A DNA stretch of 32,509 nt from Verrucomicrobiota bacterium (lineage in GTDB: Bacteria > Verrucomicrobiota > Verrucomicrobiia > Limisphaerales > CANJXF01). Both the position numbers and the translations under genes were made by a program. Of this stretch, positions 1 to 8,070 are shown one piece after another; the first letter of the stretch is position 1; each line of letters opens with the position of its first letter. The notes under the pieces are model-generated. The model did not search any database. It was not told the origin of the DNA and saw only the letters and a list, made by a program, of their open reading frames with translations. The stretch is taken from positions 1-32,509 of the forward strand of contig JBBQRQ010000056.1 of assembly GCA_038214755.1 (NCBI GenBank). Reading direction: 5' to 3'.

Positions 1-1185
1 GGCTTGCGGAAACTTCTCGAAAGCGAAGCGCGGAATTTTCGTCACGACATAATCAATCGTCGGCTCGAAGCTCGCGGGAGTTTCGCGCGTGATGTCGTTT
101 TTAATTTCGTCGAGCAGATAGCCGACGGCGAGTTTGGCCGCGATTTTCGCGATGGGAAATCCGGTCGCCTTCGACGCGAGCGCGGACGAACGCGACACGC
201 GCGGGTTCATTTCGATGATGACCATGCGGCCATTGTCGGGATTGACGCCGAATTGAATGTTCGAGCCGCCCGTTTCCACGCCGACCGCGCGAATCACGGC
301 GAAACTCTGGTCGCGCATGATTTGAAATTCTTTGTCGGTGAGCGTTTGAATCGGCGCGACGGTGATGGAGTCGCCGGTGTGGACGCCCATCGGGTCGAAA
401 TTTTCGATGGAACAAATGATGACGCAATTGTCGGCTTTGTCGCGCATCACTTCCATTTCGTATTCCTTCCAACCGATGAGCGATTCTTCGATGAGGACTT
501 CGTTGACGGGCGAAAGTTCGATGCCGCGTTTGGCAATTTCTTCAAACTCTTCGCGATTGTAACCGATGCCTCCGCCCGTTCCGCCGAGCGTGTAAGCGGG
601 GCGAATAATGAGAGGAAATTTGCCAATCTTTTCCGCGACAGCGCGGGCTTCATCCATGTTGTGCGCGACGCCGGAAATCGGAACGTCGAGACCGATGGAC
701 AACATTAAATCTTTGAACACGAGACGGTCTTCGCCTTTTTGAATCGCGTCGGCTTTCGCGCCAATCATTTCGACATCGTATTTTTCCAACACGCCGGAAT
801 GATGGAGTTTCATCGCGGTGTTGAGCGCGGTTTGTCCGCCGAGTGTGGGGAGCAAAACGAGTTTGTGGGGAGTTTTAAGTTTTAAGTTTTCAGTTTTCAG
901 TTGGGCAGAATCGGGGACACCCATCCGTTTCATTTCGTTTTTTTCGCGCGCGATAATTTTCTCCACACATTCCGGCGTGATCGGCTCAATGTAAGTGCGG
1001 TCAGCGAATTCCGGATCGGTCATGATCGTGGCCGGATTCGAGTTAACGAGGATGACGCGATAACCTTCTTCGCGGAGGGCTTTGCAGGCTTGCGTGCCGG
1101 AATAATCGAATTCGCAGGCCTGGCCGATGATGATCGGACCTGCGCCAATGATAAGGACGGAATGAATGTCGGTGCGTTTAGGCAT
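1..1185 (-). CDS. carB: Carbamoyl-phosphate synthase large subunit, 5' part (runs off the window edge)
   Basis: Not in the ORF track. Manual minus-strand translation from ATG at 1185 gives [41 protein letters not shown]...[12 protein letters not shown]...[47 protein letters not shown], which are canonical CarB motifs. Confidence 0.98.
   Translation of the reverse strand, partial: MPKRTDIHSVLIIGAGPIIIGQACEFDYSGTQACKALREEGYRVILVNSNPATIMTDPEFADRTYIEPITPECVEKIIAREKNEMKRMGVPDSAQLKTENLKLKTPHKLVLLPTLGGQTALNTAMKLHHSGVLEKYDVEMIGAKADAIQKGEDRLVFKDLMLSIGLDVPISGVAHNMDEARAVAEKIGKFPLIIRPAYTLGGTGGGIGYNREEFEEIAKRGIELSPVNEVLIEESLIGWKEYEMEVMRDKADNCVIICSIENFDPMGVHTGDSITVAPIQTLTDKEFQIMRDQSFAVIRAVGVETGGSNIQFGVNPDNGRMVIIEMNPRVSRSSALASKATGFPIAKIAAKLAVGYLLDEIKNDITRETPASFEPTIDYVVTKIPRFAFEKFPQA
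871..900. repeat. Heptamer tandem repeat (AGTTTTM) x4 inside carB, translated as [10 protein letters not shown]
   Basis: agtttta agtttta agttttc agttttc ag. Confidence 0.85.
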
Positions 1186-1190
1186 TGGCG

Positions 1191-1223
1191 AAATTAAAAA
1201 TTAAAAATGCAAAATTAAAAATG
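1191..1223. repeat. Heptamer tandem repeat (AAATTAA) x4.5 just upstream of the carB start
   Basis: aaattaa aaattaa aaatgca aaattaa aaatg. Confidence 0.85.
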
Positions 1224-1266
1224 GCCCGCGATTGGCGCGAGAAATTAAAAGCACTTCCTCGCCTTG

Positions 1267-2640
1267 TCATGGAATTTCTCGGACAGGTTTCGGCTCGTCG
1301 TATCCATGCGCCTTGGCCTGCCAGCCCAGCGCGAAAAGAAGCGTCCCGATGATTGCGCAACCGATCAAACAGGCAAAGCCAGCATCCCAACCCGAACCGG
1401 GATGTGTTCTCTCATAGTGCTGCACCAGTTTTCCCAAACCCCAACCGGAAAGAGTCGTGCTCGCGTAACCAAAAAGTCCGGTGAACCCCACGCTTGTCGC
1501 AGCGGCGCGTTTGGTGGCGAGGTTCGCGGCGGCGATGCCGATGAGACTTTGCGGACCGTAAATAAAAAATCCAGTCGCGCAAAGCAGGCCGGTGATGAGC
1601 AGTTCCGATTGCATTTGAATTTTCCAGAAAAGAAAAAGGGAAACGCCCGCCAGCGCCATGTAAACCAGGCATGCGCGCAAGGCGCGTCCGCCGAGAAACC
1701 GGTCGGTAATCCAGCCGCCGAGAAGCGAACCCAACAGACCAAAAACTTCGAAGCCAGCGATCATCCCCGCGGCGTGCATAATTTTGACGTGCTTGGCTTC
1801 CAGCAGCATCGTCGGACCCCAATCGAAGACAGCATAGCGAATCGCATAAACGAAGAAATTCGCCGTCGCGACCAGCCAGATATATTTATTCCGAAAAACT
1901 TTTTCGATGACGAAGGCTTTGAAATCTTCGCGCGATTCCTTTTGCGGCATTTCCACGTGCGATCCCTCGACTTCCGGCAAGCCAACCGACCCCGGCGTGT
2001 CCGGCAACATGAACCAGAGCACAACGGCAATAACGAGCGCGATGGCCGCCGGGATTAAAAAACAGAGCCGCCAGTTGGGCGCGAAAAGAATTCCGCTGAC
2101 CAGAAATCCGCAGAGCAGAACGATGAGAATGCTGCCGATGTTGTGCGACGAATTCCAGATGGAGAATTTCGTCGCGAATTGTTTTGGCGGAAACCAATGC
2201 GTCATCAATCGCGCGCACGGTGGAAAACCCATTCCTTGAAACCAGCCGTTCGCCATCCAGATCAGACCGAATGCGATGACTGCGGAACTGAGGCCGAAAC
2301 AGATATTGAGCAGTGCCGAAATCACCAGCGATACAGCCATGAAAGCGCGGGCATTGGCGCGGTCGGCGAGAAAACCATTGGCGAATTTGGAGATCCCGTA
2401 GAGAACGCCGTGCAGCGTGAGGAACAAACCGAGCTTCTCCTTGGTGATGCCAAGTTCTTTCCCCATGAGCGGCATGGCGATGCCGAGATTTTTGCGCACG
2501 AAATAAAAGGTGGCGTAACCGACAATGGAAAAAATCAGGACGCGTGTCTGCCAATGTCGAAATTTCGGTGCGAGTTCCGCGGGATCGGTCGATCTAACGG
2601 GCAACGCGGGTGCGGGCTTGAAGATGGAAAACAAATTCAT
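1267..2640 (-). CDS. MFS organophosphate:Pi antiporter, GlpT/PgtP/UhpC (OPA) family
   Basis: About 12 hydrophobic segments, with GYATFYFVRKN, NGWFQGMGFPPC, WNSSHNIG and FFIYGPQ motifs of GlpT/UhpT-type carriers. ATG at 2640 chosen; the ORF extends to 2655. Confidence 0.92.
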   Translation of the reverse strand: MNLFSIFKPAPALPVRSTDPAELAPKFRHWQTRVLIFSIVGYATFYFVRKNLGIAMPLMGKELGITKEKLGLFLTLHGVLYGISKFANGFLADRANARAFMAVSLVISALLNICFGLSSAVIAFGLIWMANGWFQGMGFPPCARLMTHWFPPKQFATKFSIWNSSHNIGSILIVLLCGFLVSGILFAPNWRLCFLIPAAIALVIAVVLWFMLPDTPGSVGLPEVEGSHVEMPQKESREDFKAFVIEKVFRNKYIWLVATANFFVYAIRYAVFDWGPTMLLEAKHVKIMHAAGMIAGFEVFGLLGSLLGGWITDRFLGGRALRACLVYMALAGVSLFLFWKIQMQSELLITGLLCATGFFIYGPQSLIGIAAANLATKRAAATSVGFTGLFGYASTTLSGWGLGKLVQHYERTHPGSGWDAGFACLIGCAIIGTLLFALGWQAKAHGYDEPKPVREIP

Positions 2641-2642
2641 CG

Positions 2643-3995
2643 TTACATCGTCCACACTCCACCCGGGCCAAAAATCCTGTCGAGGCAGGAATCCAAAACG
2701 CCCGCCCGCTTCGCCAAGTCGAGGATCGTGAAACGACGACGAATAAAATAAGCCTGAAGAAAACCGCGTCGCAGTCGCTCGCGTGAAATTCCGATTTGTT
2801 CTGGCTCACTTGGGGCACCCGCTGCGGCCAACATTTTTTTCAATTCAACGAAAGGCAGTAATTGTTTTTGCAGGCGCGGTTTTAGTTCGGGCCAGATTTT
2901 TTTAAGCAACCCCAATTGTTCTCGCAATTTGTCCGGCGAGATTTGTTTCGCGCGAGTCTCTTCAATGGCTTTGTCGGCGACATCTTTCTCACGAAAAAGT
3001 TGGCGGATCGTTTTCTCAAAGTCGTCGCGCAAGAAAATTTCGCAGTAGCGGTCGGCGTCGAGATTTTCAAGAGGCAATTCAAAAAGTTGTTCGTAGAGCG
3101 CGGCGACGGCGAGCGTGCCAATGCCGACTTTGAATCCATGAGAAGGCGCGGCGCCGTTGTGCGTGTGATGCTCCATGTCCCAAAGATGACTGAACTGATG
3201 CTCCGCGCCCGCCGCCGGACGGCTGGACTTGGCCCATTGCATGGCAAACCCGCCCATCATCAATCCTTCGGTGAGTTGTGTGATGGCGTTTTCTTCTCCC
3301 CGATTTGCGCCGCGCGGATCTTTCAAAGCATCGCGCAAACCGCCTTGCACAATATTCCACGCCTGTTCATCAATCGGCTCAACACCCAGCGCGTCGGCCA
3401 GCAACCAATCCGCTCCCGCCGTAATTTTCGCGAGCAAATCCGCGTAACCCGAAGCGGTCATTTCCGAAGGCGCGCCGCGAATAATTTCGATGTCAGCCAG
3501 AACCGCCCTTGGCGCGGGGCAATCGAAATTTAACTTGGAACCCTTGAAGGTGATCGATGCGCCGAACGCGGTGTAGCCATCCATCGACGCGGCGGTGCCG
3601 ACACAGAAGTAGGGGCGGCCCAGTCGATGCGCGGAAAATTTCACGAGGTCATTGATGGTGCCGGAGCCGATAGCGATGGGAACGGCGTCGTGCGCGCCGA
3701 GCGAACTTTGCAACTGCTCCACGAATTTGAATTCAGCGTAAAGTTTTGGGTCGGAAAAAATAAACGGCTCGCGCAATTTTTGCCCCGCATTAGCAAAGGC
3801 CAAAGCGACTGCTTTGCCGGCGACCTTAAAAGTGTTGTCATCGGACATAATCACGCCCTCGCGCGCGGGGAATTGTTGGCGAAAAATTTCCGGTGTTTTG
3901 CCCAAAACGTTTTTGCCAATTTCCAGAGCCTTTGTTTCGCGAGCGGCCCGCAATGCGTCGGCCAGGGAAATTTTTTCTGGAGGAATGGAAATCAT
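2643..3995 (-). CDS. sn-glycerol-1-phosphate dehydrogenase (AraM/EgsA-like, DHQS/Fe-ADH fold)
   Basis: GSGTINDLVK, TAASMDGYTAFGASI, ASGYADLLAKITAGADW, SRPAAGAEHQFSHLW and HGFKVGIG motifs. The start ATG at 3995 overlaps the upstream stop (ATGA). Confidence 0.88.
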   Translation of the reverse strand: MISIPPEKISLADALRAARETKALEIGKNVLGKTPEIFRQQFPAREGVIMSDDNTFKVAGKAVALAFANAGQKLREPFIFSDPKLYAEFKFVEQLQSSLGAHDAVPIAIGSGTINDLVKFSAHRLGRPYFCVGTAASMDGYTAFGASITFKGSKLNFDCPAPRAVLADIEIIRGAPSEMTASGYADLLAKITAGADWLLADALGVEPIDEQAWNIVQGGLRDALKDPRGANRGEENAITQLTEGLMMGGFAMQWAKSSRPAAGAEHQFSHLWDMEHHTHNGAAPSHGFKVGIGTLAVAALYEQLFELPLENLDADRYCEIFLRDDFEKTIRQLFREKDVADKAIEETRAKQISPDKLREQLGLLKKIWPELKPRLQKQLLPFVELKKMLAAAGAPSEPEQIGISRERLRRGFLQAYFIRRRFTILDLAKRAGVLDSCLDRIFGPGGVWTM

Positions 3996-4948
3996 TTGGC
4001 AGATTTTTTCTGATAATATTTTTTTATTTCTTGCCAGGCCACATCGGGATGATCGGTAGCGAAGGACATCAATCCGAGGTCCAGGAGTTGCGCGTAAACC
4101 GCCGGGTCGCCGGTGTAGGCCAGCGCTTGAAAAAGAATGTGGCGGGAGCGCAATTCCGCGCCGAGTTCTCGGATGAATTTCGGCGAAGGCGTGTAGGCGA
4201 ACGAATAGGTTTTGTCTTTGAGCGGACGGACATGAATCTGCAATTGCGTGATGCCCTCGAAATTTTCCTTTTTCAAAACTTCGATGCGGTCGCGTTTCGA
4301 TTTTTCGTCGCCCGACATCCAAAGCAGCGTGTCAGATTCCGGCACCAGCGTTTTCCATTCGCGGATGATTTCTGGTTTGGGCGAGGCGAGAATTACTTGC
4401 CGCGTGACCTCGTTGGATTTCACTTCGCGAGCAAGTTGTTTCAAGTCCACGTTCTTGATGTCGAGATAGAGATGACGCTCCGGTTTCCCGCGCATTGCCG
4501 CAAAGACTTCCGTCATTCTTGAAACATGGCGCGGGAGGAAGTCGTTGGTTTGCCAGACTCCGACATCGAGTTTACTCAACTCTGCGAACGTCAAATCTTT
4601 CACCCCTTTCTTCTTCAATTCTTCGCTCGCCCCTTTGACCACACGGCTGAAATCATCATCGTGAAACGCCACAATCACGCCGTCGCTCGTGGTGCGCAAA
4701 TCCGATTCGGGATACGTGCCTAATTTCCAGCCGAGTTCAAAAGCTTCGAGAGTATTCTCCGGGGCGAGCACGCCTGCGCCGCGATGACTCTGAATAATAA
4801 ATTTCTTAGGAGGAACATGACCGGTCACATTCCAGACGTTTTCGGATGAAGCGCTTGTTTCGGATTTTGAGGAAGCTTTTTCGTTTTGCGCGAGACAGGC
4901 GCAAGAAAAAATTCCTACGAACGCACTGAGGCAGAGGACGTTTTTCAT
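3992..4948 (-). CDS. Exported glycerophosphodiester phosphodiesterase (GDPD family)
   Basis: N-terminal signal peptide, SHRGAGVLAPENTLEAF, ESDLRTTSDGVIVAFHD, YLDIK and C-terminal ATDHP. Confidence 0.92.
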   Translation of the reverse strand: MKNVLCLSAFVGIFSCACLAQNEKASSKSETSASSENVWNVTGHVPPKKFIIQSHRGAGVLAPENTLEAFELGWKLGTYPESDLRTTSDGVIVAFHDDDFSRVVKGASEELKKKGVKDLTFAELSKLDVGVWQTNDFLPRHVSRMTEVFAAMRGKPERHLYLDIKNVDLKQLAREVKSNEVTRQVILASPKPEIIREWKTLVPESDTLLWMSGDEKSKRDRIEVLKKENFEGITQLQIHVRPLKDKTYSFAYTPSPKFIRELGAELRSRHILFQALAYTGDPAVYAQLLDLGLMSFATDHPDVAWQEIKKYYQKKSAK

Positions 4949-5196
4949 TTCTATATTTTACTTTTAATCCTGGGAGGAAATCGCCGGCGCAATATTTTTG
5001 GCAAATCGATGACGGCCACCAGAATGGGCATACATACCCAATATCGCCGGATGAATTGTTTTCGCGCTGCGCGGGGCGCAGCAGCGTAGCAGATTCAATC
5101 ACGACTTAGCATCGTGCCCCAACCGTGTGGCGACGGGAAGCGGACTGAAGTCCGTGCCCTTTGCGCCAGCAGCCTCCCTCGCCACTTCGTTCTGAT

Positions 5197-6201
5197 TTAA
5201 AAAATCAGCAGGTCCAGCAAACGAATTCCATGGTTGGCCAATTCCCAGCGACCGCTCCGGTTGGTGACCAACTTCCCGCACGGATTCCTTTTGTATTCTT
5301 TTTCATTCACCGACAGCAGCCGATACTTCGCCGAACCTTTTAGCTCGGACGCAGCGCGCGGGATGACTTGAAACGGCAGTCCATTGAAGTTGAGGACCAA
5401 TTCGTAGGCGGCAATTCCTTCTTTTTGCGCAAATGTATTTTCTTGAATCAACGGCGCGTAACGTTTCAGCCAGGGAAATTTTTTGGCTCGCACCACCACG
5501 CGGCACAATTCGGTTTGGTTTTGCACCGCGGTCAGCAAATTAAATTTCCCTCTCAGTTCATGGTCGTCCAACAGGGTGGCGCGCGGATCGATTCCAATCA
5601 TATTCTGCCCGTTCCATTCGCCATGATCGTCGCGCTGGCCAGGAAAATTTTTTTTATGCCAGGCGGAAAAACGTTCGTTGATAAGAAAGTCCAATTCAAA
5701 ATGGACATGCGCGCGCTCTTTGGAAATCCGCTCGCGCGTGTTGCTGGTGCGGCCCATGAGAGCGACAGCCTCCCCCGATTTCACGCTCGAACCCATTTTC
5801 AAATCGGAACGAATCTCGGAGAGATGGGCGTAAAGGGAATAAATTTCCAACCCATCAATACGATGTTTCAACACAAGATAATTTCCATAATTGGAAAGCG
5901 ACGGCTTCTTGTTCAAGTAGGCCACGGTTCCGTCGGCGGTCGCCAGCACCGGGTCTTTTGGTTCGCCTTTTTTGTCGCGTTCAAGGCAACGCACATCCAA
6001 GCCTTCGTGAAATTGTCCGCCGTCGGAACGAACGCAACCGAACGTCCCGCTCGTCCACGGTTTGCCCGTCGTGCCGACAAAATATTTTTCTTGAGCGCCG
6101 GGGTAAAACAAGGCGCGATTTGCGGTGGGCAGGTGAAATGTTTCCGCCGCGAGGAACTGCGTGAGTCCGAGGGAAAAAGTTAAAAAAAGTTTGCGTATCA
6201 C
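5197..6201 (-). CDS. M23 family metallopeptidase, exported
   Basis: Signal peptide, HEGLD (HxxxD), YGNYLVLKH, YSLYAHL and HVH (HxH) zinc motifs. The GTG start overlaps the upstream stop. Confidence 0.9.
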   Translation of the reverse strand: MIRKLFLTFSLGLTQFLAAETFHLPTANRALFYPGAQEKYFVGTTGKPWTSGTFGCVRSDGGQFHEGLDVRCLERDKKGEPKDPVLATADGTVAYLNKKPSLSNYGNYLVLKHRIDGLEIYSLYAHLSEIRSDLKMGSSVKSGEAVALMGRTSNTRERISKERAHVHFELDFLINERFSAWHKKNFPGQRDDHGEWNGQNMIGIDPRATLLDDHELRGKFNLLTAVQNQTELCRVVVRAKKFPWLKRYAPLIQENTFAQKEGIAAYELVLNFNGLPFQVIPRAASELKGSAKYRLLSVNEKEYKRNPCGKLVTNRSGRWELANHGIRLLDLLIF

Positions 6202-6740
6202 AAACCGAGTAAGTTTTTCTTTCGCAGTTTGTCGGAAGTATTATTGAGTCCGCGAACGATGCGAATCGCTTCTTCACGCGTGGCGTCAGGAGTGAAGGTG
6301 AAGACGCCATCGCTGATGCGCCGCAAAATTATGGGCGCGGCGAGCCAACGCCGGTCGGTTGCTTCCGTCATGATCGCGAAACGTTTTCCTTTGTTGGACG
6401 CGCTGACTGTGTCCAACACAAATGTCCCGTGATCATCGAATTGAATTTGAATAGAAAATCCGCCGACGTTATCCACCAACATCGCTTTGATCACATCGCG
6501 TTCATCGAGAAACGAATCCTTGATCACGTTGACCAGAACGGGCGCAGCGCGAAAAATCGGCACTGGCTCGGCGCGGCCTGTCGTGTCCCCGGCCGCTTCG
6601 AGATGAAAGCGGATGGTGGTTAATTCTTTTTTTTGTTTGCGCGATTCCGCCGCTTCCCGTTTTTCTTGAGCGGACTGGCATCCAGCGAAAAGCAAAGCCG
6701 CGAGCAAATAGGTATTGAAGGTGACCAGACGAATCTTCAT
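6198..6740 (-). CDS. Lipoprotein with a stand-alone SecD/SecF P1 head-like domain
   Basis: Lipobox LFAGC. The segment IQIQFDDHG...SASNKGKRFAI...AAPII...ISDG...EEAIRIVRGLN resembles the SecD periplasmic head. Confidence 0.7.
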   Translation of the reverse strand: MKIRLVTFNTYLLAALLFAGCQSAQEKREAAESRKQKKELTTIRFHLEAAGDTTGRAEPVPIFRAAPVLVNVIKDSFLDERDVIKAMLVDNVGGFSIQIQFDDHGTFVLDTVSASNKGKRFAIMTEATDRRWLAAPIILRRISDGVFTFTPDATREEAIRIVRGLNNTSDKLRKKNLLGL

Positions 6741-6949
6741 ATTCCGATAAACAAATTAATCACTCGGAAATATAAAGACACTCTATGGGACAGCAATCCA
6801 ACAAAGTTCAAAAACGTTCACGCCGCAAAGCCTACCTGAAACGAAAAAGCGAAACGGTGAAAAGCAAGACCACAAAGAAAGCGACCTGACAGCGGAGATT
6901 CCGGTGGATTTTTCTTGGTGGAAAATCGACGCGCAAATTTTTCAATACG

Positions 6950-7107
6950 AAATCCGAATCCCCGAAATCCGAAAGAAATCCGAAATCCGAATTCGGAAAA
7001 CGATTTCCCGCAATGGCAAAGACAAGCGCTTTCGCCACACGCACAGTTCCACGACATTTTCGACCTTCGGGTTTCGGATTTCTTTCGGATTTCGGATTTC
7101 GGATTTT
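6950..7107. repeat. Inverted pair of (AAATCCG)n heptamer arrays around a spacer of about 75 bp
   Basis: The left arm aaatccgaatccccgaaatccgaaagaaatccgaaatccgaa (6950-6991) is a near reverse complement of ttcgggtttcggatttctttcggatttcggatttcggatttt (about 7066-7107). Confidence 0.9.
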
Positions 7108-7112
7108 AATCA

Positions 7113-7919
7113 TCACGCTCTGCGAATAAATTTCGCAGCAATCCAACCCGCCAAAACAACTCCGGAAAGAATCAGCCAGCCATAACGTTCGTTGCCGTAG
7201 AGAAGCGGGAAATGATTGCTAATCATAATAAACACAACGGGCACCGCCATGAAAGTGTTGTGGCGTGAAGCATTTTTGGCGCGGCGAGCTTCGTCTTGAT
7301 TCGGAGTTTTTCCCTCCTTGAGCGCGGCGACCATGCGGCGTTGCGCGGGTAGAATTCGCATCCAGACATTCGCGACCATAATCGTGCCGAACATCGCGCC
7401 AAGTTGCAGATACGCGGCGCGGCCACTGAAATAGCGATGGAGAAACCAGTTGAGCGCGAGAATCAAAATGAAGGCGACAATGGGAAAAGCGATTTCATTT
7501 CTGACCAATTTACCGAGAACCAGATCGTAAATAAGCCAACCGCCGATGAGAAGTCCGAGACTAAGGCCGATGGCGGCGTGATTGGAAATGGGCGATTCCT
7601 CGACGCTGATCATCAAGCCGCCCATATAATAAACCACGCCGAACAACAGGAATCCGCTGAGCCACGTCAGCGCCGCTTCCCAGCGAAACCAGTGCAGAAG
7701 TTTCGGCATGACTTGGGGGACTTTCTGTTTTTCCACACGATAAAATCCGCCGCTGTGAACCATCCACACTGGTTCGCCGGCAGTGTCATTTTTTTCCAGT
7801 TCCGCGAAACGCCCATCGAGCCAGGTAAAAAAATAAGTCGTGCCGACCCACATGATTCCAGCGAAGACGTGGACCCAGCGCAGAATGGCGTCGAGCCAGG
7901 TGGATATTTCAGCGTTCAT
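7113..7919 (-). CDS. PuuD-like membrane protein (urate oxidase N-terminal domain only)
   Basis: LRWVHVFAGIMWVG, WMVHSGGFY, LHWFRWEA, GAMFGTIMVANVW..ILPAQR and SRHNTFMAVPVVFIMISNHFP. No C-terminal CxxCH. Confidence 0.82.
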   Translation of the reverse strand: MNAEISTWLDAILRWVHVFAGIMWVGTTYFFTWLDGRFAELEKNDTAGEPVWMVHSGGFYRVEKQKVPQVMPKLLHWFRWEAALTWLSGFLLFGVVYYMGGLMISVEESPISNHAAIGLSLGLLIGGWLIYDLVLGKLVRNEIAFPIVAFILILALNWFLHRYFSGRAAYLQLGAMFGTIMVANVWMRILPAQRRMVAALKEGKTPNQDEARRAKNASRHNTFMAVPVVFIMISNHFPLLYGNERYGWLILSGVVLAGWIAAKFIRRA

Positions 7920-7995
7920 TGATTTGGGCGAATTGCGAACTGCCGAAAAAACTGAACAGCGTTTGCGCGTTCGTTCAAGATTTAATTCCGCGACG

Positions 7996-8063
7996 GTAGC
8001 CGCGGAGGTGAGGAAGCGGATTCTTTATCGAAGCGTAATCCGCCTCCTCACGTCGGCGGCTAC
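7996..8063. repeat. REP doublet (REPIN-like palindrome), GTAG family A, intergenic
   Basis: gtagccgcggaggtgaggaagcggat ... atccgcctcctcacgtcggcggctac; same family as 16561-16634. Confidence 0.9.
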
Positions 8064-8070
8064 AAAATAT

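Noticed and set aside
4..1197. Plus-strand ORFs 4..708 and 901..1197
   Set aside because: Antisense shadows of carB, which is clearly encoded on the minus strand.
2643..3995. Archaeal-type ether lipid biosynthesis inferred from the G1P dehydrogenase
   Set aside because: No GGGP or DGGGP synthase is in the window, and the phosphodiesterase/transporter context points to catabolism.
6818..7185. Short ORFs over the AAATCCG arrays, or a CRISPR array there
   Set aside because: The ORFs are translations of heptamer repeats. There is no repeat-spacer periodicity and no cas gene.
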